The translations under genes and the position numbers were made by a program. Shown here piece by piece: positions 39,998 through 52,079 of a stretch of 64,000 nucleotides of DNA. Numbering within the stretch: the stretch's first letter is position 1; the number at the start of each line of letters is the position of its first letter. The notes beneath the pieces are model-generated. The model made no database searches and was not told the origin of the DNA. It was given only the letters and a program-made list of their open reading frames with translations. This DNA is from Puccinia triticina (Eukaryota), in assembly GCA_026914245.1 (NCBI GenBank), contig CP110440.1, positions 2,790,001 to 2,854,000 on the forward strand, read 5' to 3'.

Positions 39998-42900
39998 ACG
40001 CCCTGACCACTTCTCTGCCATTCTCGCCGGGCGCGCGCTCCTTCAGGAGCTCGTATGCGACATGTACATCTGCGTTGAACGTTCTCGAACCTTGTTCATA
40101 GAGTCAAACCAAAACAAATTGCATGCTGACAAGTATAACGCCCTTGTGCGAGGATTAGAGAATGGTAGTGTCATTGTGGGTCGTCGGGTAATCCTCCCCT
40201 CCACCTTCATTGGGAGCCCCAGAGGCATGTCTGAACTCTACCACAACTCAATGGCCATTGTGCGCAAGTATGTTTTGCTGTCGCTATTCATCACCATGAC
40301 AGCTAATCCCAACTGGCCAGAGATTCTCGCCATAATCAATCCTCGCGAGTCCGCTGTTGACCACCCAACAATAGTTTCACGCGTGTTCAATCTGAAGGTG
40401 AAGGTGTTAATGTTCCAACTCGTCAAAATGGGCCGATTGGGCAAGGTCATTGCATACGTCTCAGTCATTGAGTTCTAGAAGAGGGGGCTTCCTCACCTCC
40501 ACCTTATGGTTACCCTGGACCCCAACAACCGGCCTTACACACCCAAGGAAGTCGACAGGCTTGTTTCCGCTGAGATCCCTGACAAGTTCTACAAGCCGCG
40601 ACTCCCCGAACTGGTGACTCAATTTATGCTCCACGGGCCCTGCATCGGCCGGACTTGCTGGACCAGCGATCACTGCAAGTCGGGTTACCCAAAACCATTC
40701 ACCCCCCGGACTGTTATCATTGATGGAGCTTACCCTGCGTACTTAAGGCGGGATAACGGCGCCACAATTACTAAGCACACAACCACATTTACCAATGGCC
40801 ATGTTATTCCCTATAATAAGTTCCTAACTCTTATGTTTGAAACTCACATTAACATTGAGATACCGGTCAATACTACGGCCATCAAATATCTTTACAAATA
40901 TATCACAAAGGGTCACAACCGTTCCTACATGGCAGTCGACGTCGCTAATGAGGTACAGGCATATATTGACGCACAATACATCAGCCCACCCAAAGGTAAG
41001 CCAACCCGCATAACTCATTGCAATTGTGGCTCAGCTGACGTTGGCCGCAGCTTGTTGGAGACTATTTAAGTTTCCATTATCGGATCGGTCTTCATCCGTC
41101 ACGCGGCTAGCAATTCACCATGCCGGTGAACATCTCATCTATTTCGACTCCAACAAAGGTGCCAAAGGCCAAATAAAATCAGGCAAGGCGTCACAAACAA
41201 ACCTGATAGGATACTTCAAGCTCAACCAGAAAAATACCATTGGGGCTGAAGGCCGTGAAACTCGATTGTTGTTGTATGAAGAAATACCTTGTTTCTTCTG
41301 GTGGCATAAAGGGAAGAAGGCATGGTTCCCCCGCAAAACCAGATCGGATGCTGTTTGAAGGATGTATTCGGTGTCTTTTCTGGCGGGCGAAAAGTTCTAT
41401 TTGCGTGTTCTCTTACTTCATCGCAAGGGCGCCCGTTCCCACAAGGAACTTCGTACTGTTGAAGGCCGCCGCGCAAATAGTTACCAGATTGCTTGTAATT
41501 GGCTTTGACTTCTTGTAGATGATTACCTTTACGATCAGACTATCAAAGAAGCGGCTACAGTTCAAACAGGCTATCAACTCACCAAAATGTACGCAATGAT
41601 GTGCATCCACTCGCCTCCTTCCGATCCTAAGAAGCTGTTTGAGAGGCACTTTGAATCACTTACGGACAACACCCCTCGCATTGACATGCAGAATCGCACC
41701 AGCCGGCTACTTTGGCCGGAGGAAAGGTGCGTGTTGGCGCTTTTTCGGCTGGCAGTCATCCTTGATGAAATGGACAGCAATCTTGAGAGTTGTGGGATTA
41801 CCATCAGCAGAGCCAATAAGCGATCCTTAGCTCGCCTCAAAAATGAACGACTTGGGAACAAAGATTTTTCCGTAATATACGCTCGCCTCCGGACAAACAA
41901 GGGCATGTTCAACCACGCCCAACTGGATTTCTTCAATCAAGTCAAAAAGTTATTGGTGAAAAACAAACCTCGATTATTCTACCTTGATGGTCCTGGAGGC
42001 ACTGGCAAGACCTTCATTCTTAACTCAATTATTGATTTCGCCAAAACAAAGCACATCACAAAAATAGTCACCGCGTCATTGGGTGTTGCTGCTCTCCTTC
42101 TCAAATTTGGTCAGACCGCTCACTCCGCATTTAACATTCCAATTGATGCGGAGAGGGATGTCGAGTGTCCTGTCGATTCTGATTCTGCATTCGCGCAGAA
42201 GTTGATCGCTGCCCGTCTCATCATTTGGGACGAAGTGGTAACAGTCCACTAGAACTGCATTGATGCTGTTGACCGCACACTCAAACGACTCAGCAATTCA
42301 AGCCAACCATTTGGCGGGAAGACAGTCATATTTTCCGGCGACTTTTGGCAAATATTACCGGTGGTTAAATACAATGAGTTTCCGCCTTCTTACGCAGCCA
42401 CCATCAAGTCATCTCCAATCTGGCTAGCAGTCACTGAGATCAAGCTGCACAAGAATATGCGCCTCGCCGCAGCTCTGCGTGGCGCCGCACAGCATAACAA
42501 TGAAGTTTTTGCAACAGCTCTCCTTTGCTTAGGCAAAGGGAAAGACCAACCAAATGACTTCGGGATATTACCGCTTGATGGAATGGATGTCGAATCATTT
42601 ATCAACACCCGCGAGATGTCTGCCTGGCTCACGAGTTTTGTTTACGCCAATCTCAATACTATCGACCAGAGCAACACCTGCGCAGTCGTTGATTATTTGA
42701 ACAAGCGGTGCATTCTGGCTCCTCTGAACCCAGACGTCAAGCAGATTAATGAAGAAATCATGAACACTTTGCCCGGCGACGCGATACAATTGAAGTCCAT
42801 TGATACACCCAAACCAGATGGGTCCAAGGAGTGCCTCAATAAAATTTCTGTTTCCAGTTTCCCAGAACATTCAATTTCGTTAAAGGTCGGCATGCCTGTT

Positions 42901-45551
42901 GTAGTCACCAGGAACATGAATATCAACGGGGGCATATGCAATGGGACCCAAATGCCAATTGTCGGCTTCTTTCACGTTTAAATTCAAGGTGAACTGATGA
43001 CAGGACCTTTCAGGGGAAGATGTATCATGTTACCTTGTGTCAAGTTGCACAACAAAGGATCACCACGGTTGGGACTAAGCTTCTTCCGGTATCAGTTTCC
43101 CATCTCCCCTGCATACGCCATGTCAATCAACAAAGCACAGGGCCAGACATTTGGGTGAGTGGGAGTGTTTTTGAGCACCGATGTCTTTTCGCATGGACAG
43201 CTGTACGTTGCCCTTTCTCGCGTGTCAAGCGTTGAGGATCTGCTCATTTCAAAACCCCAAGAGAGGTCCGGAGTTGTGAATGTTGTCCATCGTCAAATAT
43301 TTGATGATTGCGTGAGTCATCATTCATCTCATCTTCTCCGGCGGTGGGCCACCAGTAGAATTGAAATATTTCGCCATGTATGCTACAGGAATCCAAACCT
43401 CACGAATCAGCTTAGATGTGACGCGGGCCGTTGGTTTGTCATTGATCACTGCCCGAGTTTAATAGCCTACTATAACGCAACAGATCGAATTATCTTTATA
43501 ATACGTGGTTTTTCACTTCTCATATCGCGCGATTCTGATAAGCCATTTGCCAAAAGCTGTTTCTCAACTCAAGTTGGGTTTTCTGGGCTCTTACTCGCGG
43601 GAATGTTGAAATCTCATGAACCCTATTTATTCACGCACTGCGTGTGATCGCGGATGTTGCATTTTTATGAAGTCCTGTTATTGATTTATAAATGTGGATG
43701 AAGTAACGCGATCAAGCATCCCTTCATGTTGTGACTGTGCCCCGTATATCGCGAGGCCCACGACGGATTTATAAGTTTTCAGTTGATCAATATGATCCCT
43801 TGTTACTTTGCGTCACTGCAAAGCACAGCCATTCCCGCTTGCTTCCATTCAAGCATGACAGATGGTCAGGCGTGCGACGGCCAAGCCGCGATTTCACGCC
43901 GGGGAGCTGTGTGGAGGTTGGAGGAGCCAGACCCCCAAAAGACAATCAAACCCCCGACGCAGGACACATTAACGCTAGGTGTCAATCTCAGTGCTTACGA
44001 ATCGCAAGCCGCAAATCAACATTCTCAATGGAACCACAACTTTGACTTCCCTTTAGGCTCATCACCATGAACACACCTCGCTGTCAGGGTGTTCAAATCC
44101 TAATTGAAGAACTGAAGCTGAAGTACAAATTCGCCTGCTTGGTTGAATACTGCAACGTGAGATCCGGCATTCAAAAAACAGACAACTTCACAAAATTGAA
44201 TGTGAATGGTGTGAATGGCCTGAATTGTTGTGAAGTGAGGAGGATGCAGCTGATCCGCATCTTAATTAGGCAAGATTCCTGTCCTGCTGGACAACAACTC
44301 AGACGCGATCAACGGCAAGGCGACCCCGTTTGCCGTCATGGAGAGTGCAGCAATCATGTTTGTGAGTGCTTAATTCAAATCGCTTGCCATGCTAATTGCC
44401 TTGATGTACATCCGACATTTTGTTTGCAGTACTTGTGCGATTGGATTGATTGGAATTTTGTCTTCCACTTTGAGACACCCCTCGAACTATCAAATATGCA
44501 GCAATGGATTGAGTGGGGTACCACCGAATTAGTTATCCCAAGCCACAAGTTGATTGACATCTGTTGTAAGCAAGTTTCCAGTTCCTGAAGGCAATGTGAT
44601 GAGTGAACCATTTTGGTTGATTTGTTGATCTCCAGGATATGTGCCAGAAAAGTCACCTGAATTGGAGGCGCACTTAAGATCTCATATCAAGGCGTCCTTT
44701 GGTGTGATGGATAATCATCTGAGTAGGTCGGACGGAGGACAACGAAGGAAGTTCTTGGCTGGTGCTGGAGAGGGAGCGTATTCACTTGCTGATATGCTTA
44801 TTTGTCCGTGAGTGCTGTCACATAACTACCCCTGGCAGATGTGGTGGCTGTGTACGTCATCTAATGATCTTTGTTTTAGTACGGTGAAAATCCGTTTCCT
44901 GTGGGCTGAGGAAAAAGAAATACTTGTCGACTACCCGTCGGTTCTATCGTGGGCTGTCAGGATCAAAAACCAAGAAGGCGTTATGAGCGGTTGCTCCTCA
45001 AAATATGAGCTTGTGTGCTGATCCATCATTTGCATCATATCAAAAGCATGGTCGGATCCACTGCTGGCTATGTTCAATATCAACAAGAAGTCAATAGATC
45101 TTCTCTGGCTACTGATCGTGACATGTCTCCAGTATACAAACGTGTTTATGCAATAGTGTATTCCATTATCCTAACGTTTGATGTACTGTTTGCGTACTAC
45201 AAATGTGTTGAGTGGAGTAACGTTTCAGTCAAAAATCAGTGAAAATACTCGGGGTCTCATAATAGCGCGGCTTTGTTCATGGTAATCGGTTGGGCATGCA
45301 AGCCAGGTTATGCTGAGCACGTGGAACAAGATACCTCGAGCTCAATTTAAACAATCTGTAAGGTTTTCGACGGGCTACACTAATTGGGCGCGTACGATCT
45401 CCAGAGTTGTGGATGGCATGTCATGCATTGCTGAACTCATCTCTGAATTGTGTTGCTCACTGTCCTACTAATTTGCCGTCCCATTATTGTGTGTACGTTG
45501 GGGAGGATAAATAATTCATTACATTAAATCAAGGGATTGATTCATGATTAA

Positions 45552-46519
45552 TGTCAGCCTTAGAGTCATCACAGCTGACCTAAAAGCTGCCTCTTTTCTA
45601 CTTATTACATATGAAATTACTTCATATCTTTTTCATATTAAGAGATATCATTGTTTTGACTTCATCTTCTGTTTCCTCAGGCAATTTTAACCCTAGTTAC
45701 AACTTATCAATTCATTGTAACTATACTCCTTCCCTGAGTTACTGAGTTGTGGCGCGCTTGCGCAGTTGTGACGTGTCAGCGCTACCAGGCGCGCCAAACC
45801 ACAGGTACATATGTAAATTACATAAGCAAACTGTGAAAATTTTCGTAGTCAGGATCCCCCTTGCCTGAGGCGGATCTACAGACTTCAGCACACCAGAACC
45901 ACCACCCAGATAACTCCAGGATCACCACCAAAGAGCCTACTATACTCCCAGTATACCTACCGTCACAGGCGCCTAGGATATTGACAGTAAGTAACCTCTT
46001 TCACTGAACCTTGTTTATCTCAGAGGTACAACTCTGTGTCTTGCTTGATCTGCTCTTTCTTCTGGTTTTGCCTCCTTCTTGATCACAGGGCTGTCCCTCC
46101 AAATCTACAGGCCTTTGCCTCTATCTTGATCACAGGGCTGTCCCTTATTATCACTTGGCCTTTGCCACAAATCTAGGTTGCAGGGCTGTCCCTCAGGTTT
46201 CCCATTAAGAACCTTGACTGTCCAGAGAGAAGTCTAAAAAACTGTGGCTGGTTTAAACTTATCTAATCCAGATACCCTCCTGAGAGGAAGCTGTAGCACT
46301 TCTAGCACAGATAAGCAGCACTCTTCAGAAGAGTAGCATTGCCAGTGGACGTGCATTCTCACTAGAATAACCTAGTACTTCTCTTCTTCCTTATCCTGCT
46401 TGGTTTCCCTTTTCTCTTTCTCTTTTCTCTTATAGTTGTAGTTTCTTTATCCCAAGAAATACAACCATTGCCCCCCCATTTCTTGTGTCCTGTGGTCACT
46501 ATAGAGACCCAGGCTCACA
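45552..46519. mobile_element. Solo LTR (968 bp), same family as 5989-6954
   Basis: TGTCAGCCT...AGGCTCACA termini with 5-bp TSD ATTAA (45547-45551 and 46520-46524). Confidence 0.92.
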
Positions 46520-47225
46520 ATTAACTGGTGGCGGGGTGAGGCAGTTTGTGGAGTATGTTAATACAAGTAGATACGAGTGAATGCATTTGGTGTTGCTAGA
46601 GGCAACGCAGGAATATGATGGGTTCACTTTCAGGGGAATTGTTAAAACCACAATCTGTGGGTTACTCAAGTTGAAGTGTCCGGTTGCAGAGTGACCTTGA
46701 GTTCGGCTTTACATTACAGCACGGGGAGTTCAACTCTGCCGCAGTCATTATTAATTCTTGCGTCGTGATCTGCCGGAATGTTGTGGTTGCGTATGAACAG
46801 TTGATTGGCTGATCTGAGTGACCCTCGAGAAATCAGTGATAAGCTAATATGCCTTTGGCTTGTTTTGATGTATATAGGCCAGCAATGCTTCACTATTGAC
46901 CTCTGCCTCACGAAATCAAGGTTGTCCTATGGTGAACAAGGATGTTGAATGGCCAAGGACACAGGCATTGGACAGGTTTCAACCAATGGGCAATTGTCAC
47001 TGTGAAGTTGGCATTGAAGCGGCTGGTCCAGCCCAGTGGAATGCCAAGCGGGCTGTTGTGGTGTATAAATACCCTTGGACCGGGTTACAATAATGTGACT
47101 GTATAGTGTCTGACAAAAACCATAAGATGTTTCATGCGGTGTTCTTGGAGCGAATAAATAGGGGTGAGTGGGACGACTGATGAGGTCAGGTCACCCATAT
47201 TTTACATTACCTTTCACCTAACACC

Positions 47226-48137
47226 ATGCACTCCGCTCCAAATTCATCAGCGTACGGTTTTAACGTTCCTTCTGCGGGTTCCTGTGACACACTCGAGTTT
47301 GATTTGGGAATCAAGTTGGGCCAGAAGGTGCGCTATATTTTAACATTGAAACTTACCGTTTGCTCACGTCGATATATAAGTTTGAATGCACAGGTGACAA
47401 TGGTGACGTGTTGAATCATTATATCGTCCCACAAAACAGGCGGCATTTACATATTGTTGAAGGTCCGCGTGCCGCGGGTGTGGATGGGACACCGATTGTG
47501 ATCAAGGCACCAAGTTTAGCAGCCTTTGGTCGTGATTTGGATTTGGGTGACTGGTACTTAGTGAAAGGCTCAATACAACGGAGTTTCAATGGTGATACGG
47601 AGTGGGTGTTCAACCCGCTCCTAGCGCGACGAACGGGTCAATTGGATTTGGTGTTTTACCCAAGGCCCTTGACTGTGAGGGCTGCTTGAAATCGGTCGAT
47701 AATATCTGGGATCCAGAAACATGCGCAATTGTTAGGCATGAGGTGGTAATAATGCATAATGTCGGGGTTAGTGCCTCAAGCGTGTGTGGAAAACGGAATG
47801 CTGACTACTTGTACTTAGGATTACGGTTTCCGCGTTGACGTCAAAGTCGTTGTGAAGCCGGGTAACTTCCCATTGGAGTGGGTGGAATCGTTTGTCCCGG
47901 GTTCTCGTGTCTCTTTTGCGGGTTTCCATGTTGCCGGGACTGGTGAAGGGGGGGTAATCAGGGTCGAGGTGGGCTTTCGTCTTTCTCAAGTTGAGGGGCC
48001 AGAATTCTGAGGTGCTTTTTTTGTAGGTGTGGTGATGCAGTCGTATGATGATTTGCCGGGGAGATGCGTTGGAGGTGGCGGCGAGCATGCAATGATAGAA
48101 TCGATGATAGTGGGGCGTGTGGTTTGGAATATACATG
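47226..48137 (+). pseudogene. Divergent Helitron companion-family gene (copy C) near the Helitron 2 3' end
   Basis: Introns 47328-47380, 47767-47818 and 47969-48026. WYLVKGSI, EVVIMH and FVPGSRVSFAG parallel motifs in copies A/B. The 150-nt third exon compares with 153 nt in A/B. One frameshift near 47640. Confidence 0.6.
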
Positions 48138-50881
48138 ATTGGGATTAGAGCACCGGGTCGGGCTGGCCGGTGGCGGCGGTGATGGTGGGTGCCCTGCAAA
48201 GCGGCATGTCCCTTGGGGGGGTCAGCAGGGCGCCGGTGTGGGCGTAGGGGGGGTCATGGTGGGCTCGTAGGTTGAAATTAGGCCCCTGCTGCGGTGTAGC
48301 CACTTTGATCTCTAGTACATCAAAAATGATGTTTGTAAGATGTTTTCAGTTTCTACAATGACTAAAACCTGAACCAGAAATAAATTCAAGGGGATTAAAT
48401 TTGGTTGGTTCATGTCACCTGCCTACTACTGCCCTAACGTTTTCCTGGTACTCCACCCCAAGAACTTGGAATATACATTTTTCAAAGTTACATGCAAGTT
48501 TCAATTGTGCAGATTTAAAATTGCATTCTTTTAAATTTGAGAAACCTTAATCCAATCCAATAAATTTGGAATGAACATCTATGCACTCCAAAAAAAAATG
48601 AATAAAAAATTGCTTGGAAAAAATATTTTTGGAATGGAATTGGGTTTACTCCAAAATTTTTGGAGTGCATCATGGTTCCACTCCAAAAAACAGGCTTTTT
48701 TGGAGTGTAAATTCGTTCACTCCAACAAAATTTGGAGTAGACTATGGTTCACTCCAATGAAAGTTGGAGTGGACTACTGTTCACTCCATTTTTGGAGTGA
48801 ATGAAGCAATTTTTTTGGTGTGGATTTAGCCTGCCCCTTTATTTATAATACCCTGCAGGGTTGTACCCTTTCTGTTGTAGGTAGCACCCTGTTTCCTTAG
48901 AGTAGGTCCCTTTGAGGCTGTGCTCCTGTCAAACTATACATTGTAGGGATGTACCCCATTAGCTATTAGCCCACCAAATCCTGTTCCACTGGAGCTAAAA
49001 TACCTCACCCACAGGTATAAAAGGAGGCCTCCATTGAGCCCTTTGTTCCTCATGCTGGCAATTCCCCACATCACACCATATTACTCCTCATCACACCAAA
49101 TTATATACTACCTACAATTTGATATTATTACCATTACAAGTACAATAAAAAGTCTAACACATGCACCAGGGGAGAAAGTGTGGCACTCTCTAGAAAGTGC
49201 CAGACCGCAACTTCCTTCAGCAACCCTGGCGGGTATCAAGCATGCAACATGTGTGCCACATACACAACTTAAGCTTGTGTCAATAGTGATGTTATGTTCA
49301 ACTCAGGCTGATATCATCTTCATCCTAACCTCATGGCAAATTACATAATTTCACCTCACCCAATGCTCAACTCCAGCTTGACTCAACCTGGAACACATTC
49401 CATGGTTGTTCCAGCTGAGGATCCTGAAATTTGTGTCACCAGGGGAGATATGTTCTCACTCCCCAGGGAACGCCAGAGCTGAATTTGATGTGAGTTTTGG
49501 TTCAATGTGAGCCTGATGTGCATCATTAAATCATCCCTAAATGAATTGAAGTGGATGCAGAAGTGAGCCAAAAGTCAGTCAGAATTAATTTGGGAGTCAA
49601 CACAATGTTGTGTAGAATTCTTTTGTTTTCTAGGTACAACTAGAGGAAAAAATATGATGAGTCCAACTCATCAATTGCTCCTGTTTGATGATGTCAAATG
49701 ATAGGAGAGCAAAATTTCCATTCTTGAATGTAATTCCTGTAAAAAAAATGAGTTTCTTGTAATTCACATTACATGCCCTCATGTACAAAATTAAAGTAAA
49801 AGTCAACTTAGTATTATTGGGTTTAGAATTTTGGAATGTGGTAATTTTGCAGTAAAATTAGTGAAACCCATTTTCTTGGAAATGCTGTAATTAATTTGAA
49901 TTTGGCTAAAAAAATGGTGATAAACTATTGTATTGGGGTGAAAGTCTGAGGTAAGTCAAGGTTGGATTGCAGTGCCACCTTAGTTTGGCCACATATCCTG
50001 GCTACTTCACAAAAATGATTGTGTGATTTTTTGTTTTTTTTTGCTTTTCAAAATCCACATGTGCACATGCAAGTGAACTTTTTTGCACTTTGCTAATAGT
50101 CACCCTAATGTAAGCGCGTACATTGAGGTGGAAATATCACAGGATGGGCCTTTCACAGCCACATGAAAAGTAAAAACTTTGTGTTGAGACACCAATTGTC
50201 CCCCTGATGTACACAAGTACATGAGGGGGACAATATGACATACTGTGCCTTTCACATCCCCATGAAAAGGACACACTGGTCATGGAGCCAAGAAAGGCCT
50301 ATATTTTGGATGAGTTCTGGATGAATTCCATATGAGTTCTGGATTATTCCTTGGCAATTTATGGTTTATTTCAGGATGATTTCCAACCGATTTCAAGCTG
50401 ACTTCCAGTCTTGTTCATACCTATTCAATATTTCTTTACCAAAGACCTCCAGCACAATTATGGAAAAAATTTACAGCAAGGCACTCCCTGGGGAGTGGAA
50501 AAATATCTCCCCTGGTGTGTGTCCATCAGAAGAGGCCAATCTTGGTCAACTTCACTGTGACCAGGCAGGCTCAACTGATCAAGCCACAAGGGGACCTCAA
50601 GATGTATGCATCTCCTGGTTATCATTTCAGGGTGGTACAATCCAACTTCTCTGTCAGATAGACCTGAAGTGAGAGGAGGTGGAAGACACCATGATCATCT
50701 CTTACCTGCCTGGCGTGTTGCAAAAATTGTGTTCAGGCCAAACATTGTTCAAATGTGATGTAATTAGCATCAATTTTTCAAATTGCCTGACCACTGGAAA
50801 CACATGATCCCCTGGGATCCACAGTTTAACAGTTAATCATCACCAGACCTGTGTAGTGGCTACATTTCCCAGGATTGTACC

Positions 50882-51600
50882 TTAAGTTATAAAGTGTGTG
50901 GACAAGTTTGGTCTTGGAATCACTATTGTTACCAACCTCATTTGACAGAGTTTTGATGCCAGGGTTTTACTGGCCATTTGAGGGAGTGTCTCCTCAATGG
51001 CCCGCACAAACCTGCCATCAAGAGGAGTGTGCACTCTGTTTAATGGCAGAGTTATACCAGCCTTTGAAGTGAGTGCACCAGGGAAGCTTTGGGGGCACTC
51101 CCTAAGGAGTGCCACAGCTGAATTTGGTGTTAGATTTTGTCTGAACTGGTGCAGAAGTTCATAAAATGTGATGTTGATTTCTTCCATTGCTTGGAAAGAA
51201 GTATAGGTGAACATGAAATAGATATCACACCTGCAAAGCAACTGCATAGATTTGTATAAAGAAAATACCAGAGGTGCAAACGTGTTCAGTATTTGGAAGA
51301 GAGCAGGAGAAGGTTTTCATCACTGAAAGCTTCATTGAGGTGCAATACCACTCCTTCTGGCCTACTCTCAAACTATAAAATAAGTAAGTGAGTTCAAGAA
51401 AAAACAATTGTGTGAGTTGGATAGATTGCTAACACAAAAACCTCCCTACAAATGTATAAGCTCTGTATGAGCAAGAATATTGAGATTTGATTATACAAAG
51501 AGATGCCATGTGGTGAAGGGAAAATATTGAGTGTTCTCAGCATCAAGAATGTCAACCTTTTGACTTACAAATATTTCTCTTGCATATCCCATCTGGCAGC
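50882..51600 (-). pseudogene. Degenerate spliced hypothetical gene
   Basis: Coding-like segments (EEINITFYELLHQFRQ...) separated by intron-like tracts. No recognised domain. Confidence 0.3.
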
Positions 51601-52079
51601 TCAGTACATACGTGTGTAAATGAAATACTGAGGTGAGGAGCCCAAATAAAAATGCCAAACAAGTCAAAGGATAGATCAGGCAATATGGAAGATTGAATTG
51701 ATATCCCCTTCCTGCCTTCAATGAACATTTAAAAGCAGAAAACTTCATCCACTGTTGCTAATTTATCCCTTCCACTTGGCATAGCACTCACGCAAACTTG
51801 ATTCTTCCATAACTCTGATCACTCTGAAGCATGTTTTCAACCTTCTGTCTGGGCCAATTCATCATCAAATTAAGCCTCTCCAGTCCTTTCACCCTTGCGT
51901 ATGATTTACCCCAGCTGGTCTTCCTCCAAAGAGGGCACCAACAAGTCCAGATATATTGTGAAACGCAGACCAGAGTTGGTGATCTGAGCAAAAAGTAGAG
52001 TCAATACCTAGGTCCCTTTTTAGATCCTGTTTCAAGCTGTTCAACTCCGGTAACCCATTCTGAAATCCCCCCCAAGGAT

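Larger units (their letters stand above)
37728..43330 (+). pseudogene. Helitron 2 RepHel pseudogene
   Basis: CTHCCALHF Zn motif, VILPSTFIGSPR, LFITMTANPNW, IEF*KRGLPHLH, IKYLYKYITKG (Y2), LDGPGGTGKT, IIWDEV and HGQLYVALSR. Stops and two insertions. Confidence 0.95.
34896..48315 (+). mobile_element. Helitron 2, complete element (about 13.4 kb including nested insertions)
   Basis: 5' A|TC at 34895/34896 and 3' CTAG|T at 48312-48316, preceded by GC hairpin GCTGCGGTGTAGC. Abrupt base-composition shifts at both ends, no TSD, contains RepHel. Confidence 0.75.
34436..48837. mobile_element. Long-TIR non-autonomous DNA transposon (MULE/foldback-like) hosting Helitron 2
   Basis: About 280-bp inverted repeats at 34436-34715 and 48555-48837, starting GGGGCAGGCTAAATCCA. 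8-bp TSD TTTATTTA (34428-34435 and 48838-48845). Confidence 0.85.

Noticed and set aside
39158..40006. 282-aa ORF with hydrophobic stretches as a membrane protein
   Set aside because: It lies almost wholly within the solo-LTR insertion and reflects T-rich low-complexity sequence.
46520..47110. Additional OB-fold-like gene remnant (EIKVVLW)
   Set aside because: One short motif amid many stops, which cannot be supported by eye.
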